From the IMG/VR virus record IMGVR_UViG_3300028586_000764: 64,000 nt of DNA; one strand, 5' to 3'. A program made the position numbers and the translations under genes. Positions 54,159-63,244 of the stretch are shown one piece after another. The stretch comes from a virus (lineage: Duplodnaviria > Heunggongvirae > Uroviricota > Caudoviricetes). The stretch's first letter is position 1. Each line of letters opens with the position of its first letter. Under the pieces are notes generated by a model. It was not told the origin of the DNA. It worked only from the letters and a program-made list of their open reading frames with translations, and searched no databases.

Positions 54159-54308
54159 ATCGGAGTTTCTGTAAAACCTGTCTTTAGGACTACTAGGGCT
54201 TCAATGGTAAGCACAGAACAGGCCGTAGTTTAAAATAGTAGGTCCGGGCTTATAGAGCGCAGGCTCACTGTTTGGGAACTAGGTTAGCCGTATTTTTTAG
54301 AATGGATT

Positions 54309-54337
54309 TTGGCAAATGCTTATCGCTGTGCTATAAT
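54309..54337 (+). promoter_or_regulatory. canonical sigma70 promoter (TTGGCA-N17-TATAAT) for the TerD gene
   Basis: The sequence is TTGGCAaatgcttatcgctgtgcTATAAT. It contrasts with the GCTATAC-type elements elsewhere. Confidence 0.6.
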
Positions 54338-54413
54338 GTGCGCACTCGATGTTCTCAGAAGCATTGAAATAATCCACCTCCCCCGTAAGCCAATTATTCT
54401 AGGAGAAGTACGC

Positions 54414-54989
54414 ATGGCAATCAGTCTGCAAAAAGGCGGCAACGTCAACCTGAGCAAAGAGGCCCCTGGCCTGACCAAACTGACCATCGGCCTCGGCTGG
54501 GACCCGCGCCCGACCGATGGTGCCGCCTTCGACCTGGACGCTTCGGTTTTCGTGCAAAATGCTTCGGGCAAAGTTCGCAGCGACGCCGACTTCATCTTCT
54601 ACAACAACCTCAAATCGGCCGACGGCTCGATTATCCACAACGGGGACAACCGTGACGGCGGCGCCGTCGGCGACGACGAAACCGTCAGCATCGACCTGAG
54701 CAAGGTTCCGGCTGACGTCGACAAGCTGTCGTTCTGCGTTACCATCCACGAAGCAACCGCCCGTAAGCAAAACTTCGGTGGCGTTCCAAAGGCGCACGTG
54801 CGAGCTATCAACGGTGACACGAACGTCGAAGTTGCTCGTTACGACCTGTCGGAAGATAGCTCGACCGAAACTGCGATGATTTTCGGAGAACTGTACCGTA
54901 ACGGCGCAGACTGGAAATTCAAAGCCGTCGGCCAAGGCTTCAATGGCGGCCTGGGCCCGCTGGCACGTTCGTTCGGCGTCAACGTCTGA
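54414..54989 (+). CDS. terD: TerD-family stress protein (TerD/TerE/TerZ-like)
   Basis: There is an [38 protein letters not shown]...FDLDASVF...GDNRDG is typical of TerD. Confidence 0.9.
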   Translation: MAISLQKGGNVNLSKEAPGLTKLTIGLGWDPRPTDGAAFDLDASVFVQNASGKVRSDADFIFYNNLKSADGSIIHNGDNRDGGAVGDDETVSIDLSKVPADVDKLSFCVTIHEATARKQNFGGVPKAHVRAINGDTNVEVARYDLSEDSSTETAMIFGELYRNGADWKFKAVGQGFNGGLGPLARSFGVNV

Positions 54990-55089
54990 GCAACTAAGCG
55001 CCCGCGCTAACCAATGCCGGCTAGCATCTGCTAAGCCGGCATTTTCCTATTTAAGGCCCTGCGTCCAACTCACACTTAACGGTTAAATC

Positions 55090-56394
55090 ATGCGACAAAT
55101 CAATCGCGGCGAACGCCTCAAATTGCAAGACCTGCTTCGTGGAGGGAACCGATTCAACATCGTAGTAAATGCCTTCGGTCCCGGCCTGACGCTTGATTTC
55201 GCATGTTTCGGAATCGACGCATCGGGAAAGCTGTCTGACGACAGATATATGACCTTCTTCAATCAACCGACGTCGCCCTGTGGTGGCGTGTCCCTGGCAA
55301 GCGGGAATCAGTTCGCCTTTGACCTGGACCGTATTCCTGCCGGTATCGACCGGCTGGTGCTCACTGCTGCGTTGGACGGCCCAGGTACAATGGGTAAGCT
55401 CAATGCCAGCAGCATTGTGCTAAAAGAAGCCGGCCAAGACGTTGGGCGATTCAATTTTTCCGGAACCGATTTTCAAGAAGAGCGCGCGCTAATGCTTATT
55501 GAAATTTACCGCAAGGACGGTAAATGGCGAATGAGCGCAACAGCACAAGGCTTCAACGGTGGCCTTGACGCGCTGGTACGTCACTTCGGTGGCGAAGTGT
55601 CAGATTCGGGCCCAGGCCCTGCAGCCCCGCCGGTGCCGGCGTCCAATAGCGTCAACCTAACAAAGCGCATTGCACTGGAAAAGCGTATGGCGACAGAAGC
55701 CCCTCAGCTCCTGAGCCTCACAAAGAGTGCAAACGTCTCGCTGGAGAAAGTTGGGCTTGGAACGCATAAAGCTCGATTCTGCGCGGTTTTCGACATCTCG
55801 TGGTCGATGGAAGACCTCTACGACACAGGTGAAGTTCAGGCATTTGCTGAGCGCGCGCTGGCGATGGGGTGTCGATTCGATGATGACGGCGAAATGGACA
55901 TCTTCCTGTTTGGTGCGAATGTTCACCAAGTGATGACCATGAACATCGGCAATTATAAGGTCCACTTGCGTACAGTGCTCAAACAAGTAGGCATGGAGGG
56001 GGACACCCAATACGGGAAGGCGGTCCAAGCGATTCGACGTTTCTACTTCCCGGAGAACGACGGGTCGGAGGAGCCGAAGAAAGCTCGAGCGGACACTCCG
56101 GTATACGTTGTGTTCCAAACCGATGGTGACACGGCACGTAAAGATTTCACCGAACGGCAGATTCGTGCGTCGAGCTATGAACCAATCTACTGGCAGTTTG
56201 TCGGCCTGGGCAGGGACCGAAATTTCAGCTTTCTCCGAAAACTCGACGACCTGAAAGGTCGTTTGCTGGACAATACGGGCTTCTTCGAGGTGAGCAATGT
56301 GTCTGGCTACTCAGACGACGTCTTCTTCGATAAGATGGTCGCAGAGTACTCGCAGTGGGTGATTCAGGCCAAGCACAAGGGCCTAATCGTTTAA
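55090..56394 (+). CDS. TerD-domain protein with C-terminal von Willebrand factor A (vWA) domain (TerF-like)
   Basis: The N-terminal TerD-like segment includes GERLKLQDLL...FNIVVNAFG...FDLD. The C-terminal vWA-like region is FCAVFDISWSM...DIFLFG...VFQTDGDT. Confidence 0.75.
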   Translation: MRQINRGERLKLQDLLRGGNRFNIVVNAFGPGLTLDFACFGIDASGKLSDDRYMTFFNQPTSPCGGVSLASGNQFAFDLDRIPAGIDRLVLTAALDGPGTMGKLNASSIVLKEAGQDVGRFNFSGTDFQEERALMLIEIYRKDGKWRMSATAQGFNGGLDALVRHFGGEVSDSGPGPAAPPVPASNSVNLTKRIALEKRMATEAPQLLSLTKSANVSLEKVGLGTHKARFCAVFDISWSMEDLYDTGEVQAFAERALAMGCRFDDDGEMDIFLFGANVHQVMTMNIGNYKVHLRTVLKQVGMEGDTQYGKAVQAIRRFYFPENDGSEEPKKARADTPVYVVFQTDGDTARKDFTERQIRASSYEPIYWQFVGLGRDRNFSFLRKLDDLKGRLLDNTGFFEVSNVSGYSDDVFFDKMVAEYSQWVIQAKHKGLIV

Positions 56395-56437
56395 GAATAC
56401 AAGAGAGCCTTCTCTACGAAGGTCTCTAAATTTTGAA

Positions 56438-56477
56438 AACCGAAGCGCGACACTTGTTGCCCTTCGGTTTTATTTTG
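56438..56477 (+). terminator. probable rho-independent terminator
   Basis: The hairpin ccgaag-16 nt-cttcgg is followed by TTTTATTTT. A second hairpin lies at 56404-56426. Confidence 0.5.
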
Positions 56478-56515
56478 GTCGTCGCAAAACCCCATGGCCC
56501 CGGGCGGGGCGGATG

Positions 56516-56995
56516 TCAAGTGACGACTAGCAGCTCTCCATTCGGATGGCGCATCAGGCCCACGCGGCAGCCAGAGTACGCACGCTGCGGGCACGTCGGA
56601 GTAACCTTGATGAGTCCACTGCCGTCATGCGCCAACCACACCGAACGATTGGCTGTGTGCGGACGCACCAGCAGAACGAACGTCGTAGGCTTGGCCTGTG
56701 CTTCTTCCTTGCGCATAACTTCATCGAGCAACATAGCGTCGGCCAGTTTGCCAAGGACAGGCGCCGGTTTCGGAGGGCGAAGCTCCTTGGCGATTGCCAG
56801 GGTGCCTGCAAAGGCCATCAAAGGAAATACTATCTTCGCACCGAGAGCGCCGCCCGTGAAGTCGAGAACGATGCCAATCAGGCTAGCCAGCGCCAAGGCA
56901 AAGGACAGTGGCCGCGGCCAATATACGCACATCACGAGGCTGAGCGCTGCAAGTGCAATCCAGGTGAAACCAATGACAAGAGAAAGTTCGGGCAT
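56516..56995 (-). CDS. hypothetical membrane protein (159 aa)
   Basis: There are three N-terminal hydrophobic helices and no clear SD. Confidence 0.45.
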   Translation of the reverse strand: MPELSLVIGFTWIALAALSLVMCVYWPRPLSFALALASLIGIVLDFTGGALGAKIVFPLMAFAGTLAIAKELRPPKPAPVLGKLADAMLLDEVMRKEEAQAKPTTFVLLVRPHTANRSVWLAHDGSGLIKVTPTCPQRAYSGCRVGLMRHPNGELLVVT

Positions 56996-57246
56996 GTGAC
57001 AGAGAGAGTGATTGATTCGAGAAAGATTTGCCCTCCTCGCCGTCGACCACAGCGTCCCTGTGCAGGGCTAATGTTAGCCCCTAAAATGTAATAACCTTGT
57101 ATGGCAGGATTGGCAACACATTATAGCCTCACCTTGTGCAAAAAATACAATACTTTAAGTGAAAAATTGATAATTATTTTTTTAGCTAGTTTCCTATGGG
57201 ACTTGACGTTCTAAAATGGAGGTCACCCCTATAGCAACCCCCTCTA

Positions 57247-57284
57247 TAAAAAACCCGGCTGCAAGAGCAACCGGGTGAAAAAAG
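57247..57284 (-). terminator. rho-independent terminator
   Basis: The minus strand reads acccgg-ttgctcttgcag-ccgggt followed by TTTTTT. Confidence 0.75.
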
Positions 57285-57296
57285 AATGCGAAAGCG

Positions 57297-58139
57297 TTAT
57301 TTGTGGCGCACGTACATCGCGCTGCTGCCCTTGCGATATGGCGCCAGGTCGACGCCGGCCAGGTGGTCCTTGGTGACACGCTCCCAGTTCGTCGAGTTGC
57401 GCTCGGCAAATTCGACCGTATAGAAGTCGCCTTCTTGTGGGAGACCAACCACCTTTTTCTTGATGGCGTCAGTGCGCGCGTTCTGCTCGCTCTCGAGAAG
57501 CTTGATGAGCTCGGCCATTTGGAGATGCTGAAGGACCAGGTCGTCCAGCGTAGCCGGCAGCGGCGCATCGATATTGAAAGGCAGCACACCGTTAAGCTGC
57601 TCGCGCAGGCCACGCACTTCGTGCATGAGCTTCGGATATACCGCGGCGAGCATCTCGCAGTCGATAAGCGCGCCGTGCAGGGTACGCTTGGAGCGGTCAA
57701 CGCTGTAGCGGTCGCACAGCGCATCCAGGGTGTGTACTTTGGCACGCACGTGTCGGCGCGATTGAGCCAGCGTATCGGTCAGCGCGCCAACAGTCTTGAC
57801 GAGCGACTTGCGTTTGGCGCTTTTGAGCTCGGCTTCCAGGAAGCCTACGTCGAACGGCGCGTTGTGGATGACCACGTGTGCACCTTCGACGAATGTCAGC
57901 AGGTCGTCGGCGATGTCGGCAAACAGCGGTGCGTCTTTCAGGTCTTCCAGCGACTTGCCGTGGACGGCAGTCGCTTCGGCCGGCACTTCACGTTCCGGAT
58001 TGAGGAGCGTGTAGTACGTGTTGCCTGTCGGAAGGCCGGACTCTGGGTCGAATTCGATTGCTGCGATTTCGATAAGACGGTGAATTCCTGGTCCGATGCC
58101 GGTGGTTTCGGTGTCCAGTGCGATATGCTTCTGGGTCAT
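57297..58139 (-). CDS. DnaQ-like DEDDh 3'-5' exonuclease (DNA pol III epsilon-like) with C-terminal extension
   Basis: The exonuclease motifs are IALDTETTG, VIHNAPFDVGFL and HGALIDCEMLAAVY. The start is at MTQKHIALD with an AAGGA RBS. Confidence 0.85.
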   Translation of the reverse strand: MTQKHIALDTETTGIGPGIHRLIEIAAIEFDPESGLPTGNTYYTLLNPEREVPAEATAVHGKSLEDLKDAPLFADIADDLLTFVEGAHVVIHNAPFDVGFLEAELKSAKRKSLVKTVGALTDTLAQSRRHVRAKVHTLDALCDRYSVDRSKRTLHGALIDCEMLAAVYPKLMHEVRGLREQLNGVLPFNIDAPLPATLDDLVLQHLQMAELIKLLESEQNARTDAIKKKVVGLPQEGDFYTVEFAERNSTNWERVTKDHLAGVDLAPYRKGSSAMYVRHK

Positions 58140-58155
58140 TGTTATGTTCCTTGAT

Positions 58156-58190
58156 GTTGTCCTAGGTGATGCAGCTTTGTATAGAAACCC
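58156..58190 (-). promoter_or_regulatory. recurrent upstream element (GGTTTCTATAC-N15-AGGACAAC)
   Basis: The coding strand reads cgGGTTTCTATACaaagctgcatcacctAGGACAACatcAAGGAacataacaATG. Confidence 0.5.
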
Positions 58191-58237
58191 GCCGCCCATA
58201 AAGTCTCGAGGGTTCCGCATCGCTTGTTCGACAACTC

Positions 58238-58257
58238 GCTATCCTTAGTAGGTCAAC
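58238..58257 (+). promoter_or_regulatory. recurrent upstream element (GCTATCC-N5-AGGTCAAC), divergent from 58156-58190
   Basis: The sequence is tcGCTATCCttagtAGGTCAACtatcAAGGAAtcccaATG. Confidence 0.5.
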
Positions 58258-58272
58258 TATCAAGGAATCCCA

Positions 58273-58620
58273 ATGTTCATGCTCACCAACGAACGCATTC
58301 TTTCGCGCATACCTCCGCACCAGGCGAACCTCCCCTTCCAACCTGGTGAACTCTATGTGATGAAGTACATGGGCTTGCCCAGCGTCGTCACTGTGCTCGC
58401 GCGTACTCCGGATGCGGTAACCCTATGGTTTGGCACCCTCGAGGTTGAGGAGCTGAATCAACGCGTGCTCTTCCGCTTAGGGCGCCGCTGCAAGTTTCTC
58501 GGAATATGGCTGCCCTGGGCTCGCTGCAAGCCCGAGCGCGTCATTGAACTGGGCTTGGACGACAGCCTCGGCACGAATAATCAGTTCTGGAACCAAAAGA
58601 ACACCGCGCTGGTAAGTTAA
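58273..58620 (+). CDS. hypothetical protein (115 aa)
   Basis: There is an AAGGAA RBS 5 nt from the ATG and a terminator downstream. Confidence 0.65.
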   Translation: MFMLTNERILSRIPPHQANLPFQPGELYVMKYMGLPSVVTVLARTPDAVTLWFGTLEVEELNQRVLFRLGRRCKFLGIWLPWARCKPERVIELGLDDSLGTNNQFWNQKNTALVS

Positions 58621-58639
58621 GCCGACATCCCGTGATTAA

Positions 58640-58675
58640 GAGCTCCCCGGTTCACCCCGGCGGAGCTTTTTCTTT
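58640..58675 (+). terminator. rho-independent terminator
   Basis: The hairpin gagctcc-ccggttcaccccggc-ggagct is followed by TTTTTCTTT. Confidence 0.8.
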
Positions 58676-58723
58676 GTCGTACAATGAGGAACGCCACCCG
58701 AGGGTGGCGTCCATGGTTAGCTG

Positions 58724-60295
58724 TTACCAGCCTTGATTGCTCAGGTCCGTCTCCAAGGGAGCAAATGGCCATTGCCCTGCGATGCCCTGTGTAACCTTCA
58801 TGTCTTCGCGCTCGTCGATATCATGCCCAATAGCGCCAACCGCGAGCGGCTCATTACTATTGCCGTTCCGTGCGTGGATAGTAATATGGTAGTTGTCGAT
58901 ATCGCGGCCCGCTTCGTATGTACCCCAATTCTGCCAATTGACGGTGTATGCCGGATTGGTATCGAGGATAGCGTCGCCGCCGACCCAGACATAGTCATAG
59001 AACACTGTCCAAGATGCGACACCCGTGTACTCGATAGTCTGGCATTTTTCGCCATTGACTTGCAGGAACCCACGGCGGGCAATCATATCTTGCTTAACTA
59101 CTGCACAGTCGATACCCATCTTGCCGTGTTTGGTAACGAACGAAGGATAGTCAGTAGTGAACGTATACTCGTACGTCGTCCCATATTTGTTGCTTTCGGA
59201 AATCGTGTACACGTGATTGCCGTCGGCGTCTTGAATGCTGAAGCCATACTCGTTCTTATTCCACCAGCTTAGCCGACCATCGGTCGCTTGGGCATCCGTA
59301 CTGCGGTATGTATCGTCAGCAGGGGCCCATTGCCACGTACGCAGCTTGCTGTGGAAAACCGGCAGGCACATATTGCCTTGCGTGTTGGCGTACGAGCAGT
59401 CCGATACAGCTGTGAATGTTGTCGTCCAAGGGAAGCCTTGGACGACCAGTGCGGTGTATCCAGAGGCGTCACATTCAGTCGCCGACGGGTTATCCAGGCA
59501 GTACTGTTCATCCGGCACTGTTTCGGTCGGGGCGCAGCCGTCGAGCCACGGCATGTCGGAGCACGTAGAGTCCGGTGGTGGGTCGTCTGTTGTGGGCAGT
59601 CCCGGAAGCTCGTCTATCGGGAGTATCGGCGTCATGCCGTCTCCAATGTCTTCGGCAGGTTCGGAGTCGTTACCTGATGGGGCTACGGTGTCGCTGGAGC
59701 ACACTCCGTCATAAATGACCGAGGTGTCAGGGCACTGCCGAGGGTAGCCTGGCATATCCGTGTCGCCCTCCTGGAGGGACTGGTCGAGTGCCGCTTCGGT
59801 TTGCTCCGGATTCCCGGGTGGTGGGTCGTAGAAGAACGTGTAAGCGCCGGACTCGCCTGAGCCAAAGCACTGAATCATCGAAGTGCCGTCCCATGCCGCG
59901 GGGATGCCTTCCATGCCCATTTCATGATTTACCGCCATGCAGACGTCCCGCGAAATTTTGTTGCGCAGGACAAAATGGCGTGACGCATCCTCGGGCATGT
60001 AGTATTCCCAATCGGATGGCTTAGGCTGCGAACCGTCCACGTAGGACGAGTTTGGCGGCGTAGGCATCGCAGTAAGGTATTTGGAGGGGAAGGCAGGTGT
60101 GCCCGTCGGCCAACCTACTCCGTCAGCGGTGGCCAAGGCACCGGCGGCCGCGATTTGGTTTGACTGCGCGATGAGCGTGACTGCTGCCGCCCGGGTAGAG
60201 CCTTTATGAAGGCTGGTACCCCCATAGTAAATTGCTGCCAGGGCCAGGGCGGCCACCAGTGCAATTGCGATAATCGTGATGATGAGGGAGAACAT
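58724..60295 (-). CDS. large Cys-rich extracytoplasmic protein with N-terminal signal-anchor (523 aa)
   Basis: The start is at MFSLIITIIAIALVAALALAAIYYGG. There are more than 20 Cys, Asp/Pro-rich linker segments and Trp/Tyr-rich beta-like repeats. Confidence 0.7.
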   Translation of the reverse strand: MFSLIITIIAIALVAALALAAIYYGGTSLHKGSTRAAAVTLIAQSNQIAAAGALATADGVGWPTGTPAFPSKYLTAMPTPPNSSYVDGSQPKPSDWEYYMPEDASRHFVLRNKISRDVCMAVNHEMGMEGIPAAWDGTSMIQCFGSGESGAYTFFYDPPPGNPEQTEAALDQSLQEGDTDMPGYPRQCPDTSVIYDGVCSSDTVAPSGNDSEPAEDIGDGMTPILPIDELPGLPTTDDPPPDSTCSDMPWLDGCAPTETVPDEQYCLDNPSATECDASGYTALVVQGFPWTTTFTAVSDCSYANTQGNMCLPVFHSKLRTWQWAPADDTYRSTDAQATDGRLSWWNKNEYGFSIQDADGNHVYTISESNKYGTTYEYTFTTDYPSFVTKHGKMGIDCAVVKQDMIARRGFLQVNGEKCQTIEYTGVASWTVFYDYVWVGGDAILDTNPAYTVNWQNWGTYEAGRDIDNYHITIHARNGNSNEPLAVGAIGHDIDEREDMKVTQGIAGQWPFAPLETDLSNQGW

Positions 60296-60344
60296 TGAGC
60301 ACCTTATGTAGAGTGTGCTGTGTAGGAACCTCCCTCTTCTCCAG

Positions 60345-61121
60345 TTACTTCCGCGCAGCTCCTTTTTCGGTGCCTGTGCACACAAGGCTCAGGTCTTCAC
60401 CATCTTGACGGACGCCGCAGCCTCGGGCCCACGGATGCTGACCCTGGTAGAACTGATGCATCTCTTGAGCGTAGCGGACGAACGCCGCTTTGCCGTTGTC
60501 CTTGTCGCAGGCAGGGGTCGAATCTGCCGGCATCAGGAGGTTCACACGCTCAAGCAGCTTATCAGCCGCGGTCTGCGCAACTTTCGGTTCACCAATATCA
60601 GCCTGGATGCCCAATACAGCGATAGCAAAGGGCAGGTCGAGTCGGCCAACCACTTGAACAGCATGGGGCTCTACGACACCGCAGGATAGGCCAAGCAGGG
60701 TGGCTCGGCGCGCTTCATCCAGGAAGCTGCCCAGCTTTCCGATGACCACTTGCTGCTTTTTGGAGAACTGTGTGCCGAACGTCGCCGCGTACATGCCCTC
60801 ACGAGCCGCTGGCGCTTTACGAAGTTCCGCGCCCATCGCAGGTTCGATTGCGTCGCGGTACGCCGGCGACAGCGCAACGCCCCAGCGCCCTTCTCCACAC
60901 TCCCAGGCATCTGTGCGGGCAACTCCAGAGACTTCGGTCATGGCGTAGGTTTCGCCCATTACACGCAACCGTTCGGGGCTAGCGTGCGAAACGATACATG
61001 CGGCGACCGTGTCTGCCTGTGCAGTGGTCGGCTTGTCAGCACACCCGGTGAGTAGCGGGCTCGCCATCCCGGCGATTAGAATCAGCGCCAACGACTTAAA
61101 GCGCGAAGAGTACGAGGTCAT
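60345..61121 (-). CDS. lipoprotein (258 aa)
   Basis: The start at 61121 has a GGAAGGAA RBS. The signal peptide is MTSYSSRFKSLALILIAGMASPLLTGC with an LTGC lipobox. Confidence 0.65.
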   Translation of the reverse strand: MTSYSSRFKSLALILIAGMASPLLTGCADKPTTAQADTVAACIVSHASPERLRVMGETYAMTEVSGVARTDAWECGEGRWGVALSPAYRDAIEPAMGAELRKAPAAREGMYAATFGTQFSKKQQVVIGKLGSFLDEARRATLLGLSCGVVEPHAVQVVGRLDLPFAIAVLGIQADIGEPKVAQTAADKLLERVNLLMPADSTPACDKDNGKAAFVRYAQEMHQFYQGQHPWARGCGVRQDGEDLSLVCTGTEKGAARK

Positions 61122-61921
61122 GAAGGCGTTCCTTCCATTGCAAATTTTGTAGAGGTCTGTTTGGCTGGTTCGCGGTTGCCCTTGTCGTCGACGAAGATTT
61201 CGCGGAACGCGACGTACATAAGGGCTGGCAAGAAGCACAGCAGTAGAGGTGTGATACCTGGCAGCCCCCATATGGCAACCAGAATCAGAAGGCGGACCGC
61301 TAATGCGAATTCCACTCCTAGCCTGGAATTCTTGTGTGTCGCCTGGCGCAGCAGCAGCTGTACTTGTGATTCGTCGAGCCCGAACTCTCGGCGCAAAGGA
61401 TGTCGCAGCCCTGCCAGGTCGAGCACGGTATATCTTTGCAACGAGGCCGCCAAAATCAACATCATGCTTGCCGGCGTGAAGGGCGACGCATCTGAAAAGA
61501 GCCATACCAGCGGATTAGACAGGTCAGGCGCTGCCAGCTTTTGTGCCGCCGACTCCGGCTGCATGGCCGACCACGCACACAGCGTTGCAGCGATTATTCC
61601 GATAATCAGAATAGCTCGCGCGGATACTCGGATTTCGTAGACCAGCTCCCGTGTGGCCGCATGGAAAATACCGGGCAAGTCAGCCATGCGAAGTACGTGA
61701 TTGTCGGAGACGCTGACAATTTCCAGCCCTACGCCCAAGCACCACGCCAGGAAAAACGGCGTCAGTAAAACGAGGTGCGCTTGCTCCAGCGCCCAAGTTA
61801 TGCCGCACATGGCGAGTGCGAGTGCAAATAAGGTGTGAAAAGACCGTCCCATCAGCTCCAAGGCCTGGCGGGCCCACCTGCGGGCATATCCCGGCGCCAC
61901 TTGGCGAGGCTCAATTACCAT
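61118..61921 (-). CDS. polytopic membrane protein, paralogue 1 (267 aa)
   Basis: The protein runs MVIEPRQVAPGYARRW... to ...LPALMYVAFREIFVDDKGNREPAKQ. It is about 40% identical to the next gene. There is a GAGG RBS. Confidence 0.7.
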   Translation of the reverse strand: MVIEPRQVAPGYARRWARQALELMGRSFHTLFALALAMCGITWALEQAHLVLLTPFFLAWCLGVGLEIVSVSDNHVLRMADLPGIFHAATRELVYEIRVSARAILIIGIIAATLCAWSAMQPESAAQKLAAPDLSNPLVWLFSDASPFTPASMMLILAASLQRYTVLDLAGLRHPLRREFGLDESQVQLLLRQATHKNSRLGVEFALAVRLLILVAIWGLPGITPLLLCFLPALMYVAFREIFVDDKGNREPAKQTSTKFAMEGTPS

Positions 61922-61936
61922 AGCTGAGACCTCGCA

Positions 61937-62734
61937 TCAGGCCGTGCCGCCCTGGGCGGCAGTGCTGGTCGCGACCTGCTTTGCAGGCTCTCGGTTACCC
62001 TTATCGTCGACGAACATCTCGCGGAACGCGACGTAGCTTAGGGCCGGCAGTAGGCACACCAAGAAGGGTGCCAGGATTGGTAAGAACATGCTCGCTGCGA
62101 TTATCAAACCCAGCGGAACAAGCTGCATAAACGCAGTCGCCGGCAGGTTTTTGAACATCGCGCGATGAAGCAGCGTCCTGACTTGGCCCTCGGGAACATC
62201 ATAGGTGCGTTGCAGTGGGTGCGCCAACGTACCCAGGGCTGCGGTATGCCCTTGGAGCATCTGACCACAAAGCAGAACCAGCATCGACTTAAAGAACGGA
62301 GAGTCAGTCGTTGCAATCCAAGTCCACAAACTGGTGAGGTCTGGCGTAGGTGCTTCACGAACGGCCGTCGGTTTCGGCATGTTCCCCAGATAGAACTGGA
62401 CCAACAGGTAGACAGCCACGATAAGAAGCACCCAGCGTTTTTGCCAGACATCTCGAACGGTGCCTACCGCTGCGGTATGCAAAATAGTAGGAAGGTCCGA
62501 CAACTTGACAACCTGATTGTCGGCCGTTGCGGCGAACTCAATGGAAACGATACAGGCATACAGCCCGAACGGAATTGCGGCCAGTTCGGACAGCCATCCG
62601 AGGCCCATCGTGAGGAGACAAAACACCATGGCAAAGCCAAACCAGATGTGAAACGCACGTCCAATGAGTTCAAACGACTGCGAGAACCACCTAAGCACGA
62701 AGCCCGGTTCGATTTTGCGAGGTTCGATGACCAT
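61937..62734 (-). CDS. polytopic membrane protein, paralogue 2 (265 aa)
   Basis: The protein runs MVIEPRKIEPGFVLRW... to ...LPALSYVAFREMFVDDKGNREPAKQ. There is an AGGAA RBS 6 nt upstream. Confidence 0.7.
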   Translation of the reverse strand: MVIEPRKIEPGFVLRWFSQSFELIGRAFHIWFGFAMVFCLLTMGLGWLSELAAIPFGLYACIVSIEFAATADNQVVKLSDLPTILHTAAVGTVRDVWQKRWVLLIVAVYLLVQFYLGNMPKPTAVREAPTPDLTSLWTWIATTDSPFFKSMLVLLCGQMLQGHTAALGTLAHPLQRTYDVPEGQVRTLLHRAMFKNLPATAFMQLVPLGLIIAASMFLPILAPFLVCLLPALSYVAFREMFVDDKGNREPAKQVATSTAAQGGTA

Positions 62735-62819
62735 AATTTTTTCCTGAAATGTGCCTGGAGGACGACGCAAACGGACCCCAGGGCATACCATGAGGTCCGT
62801 CGTATTCCGGGCGGACGTA

Positions 62820-63188
62820 TTAGTGCGTAGGAGCAGGCGCTTGCACAGCCGGCGCTTGTGTTGCTTGGAATTGCTGTGCCTGCGCGGCTTGCAGTGCGCT
62901 CGGAGCCTGGCCAGCTGCAGCTGCTTGTTGCGCGGCTTGCAGCTCAGCCTGGATTCGGGCTTGGTGGGCTTCCCACTCTGCCTTCTTTTCCGGGCTATCC
63001 CAGACGATTTCGGCAGGTTTCAGGTTCGGGTCATACGTGGCCGGACGCGGTGCTTCCTGCTCCGGCGCGGCGGTGACGGCTGCCGGGGCGGCAGCCTTTG
63101 GCGCTTCGGGGGTTGCTTGCTTCGAGCAAGCGCTCATCAAGGCAGTGGCGACCAGGATGCTGGTAATGGTGGCAATTCGTTTCATCAT
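62820..63188 (-). CDS. Ala/Gln/Pro-rich lipoprotein (122 aa)
   Basis: The signal peptide is MMKRIATITSILVATALMSAC with an LMSAC lipobox. The mature part is low complexity. Confidence 0.65.
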   Translation of the reverse strand: MMKRIATITSILVATALMSACSKQATPEAPKAAAPAAVTAAPEQEAPRPATYDPNLKPAEIVWDSPEKKAEWEAHQARIQAELQAAQQAAAAGQAPSALQAAQAQQFQATQAPAVQAPAPTH

Positions 63189-63244
63189 GGTGAGATGTCG
63201 ACAGAAATAGGAACGTGCGACATCTAGCCACCGGGTTTATGCCT

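Noticed and set aside
1197-58257. Interpretation of the GCTATAC box as a T4 MotA box (TGCTTtA at -30)
   Set aside because: The sequence downstream at the expected +12 spacing is not -10-like. The fixed 5-6 nt spacing to AGGACAAC fits a -10 plus initial-transcribed-region arrangement better. This remains inference.
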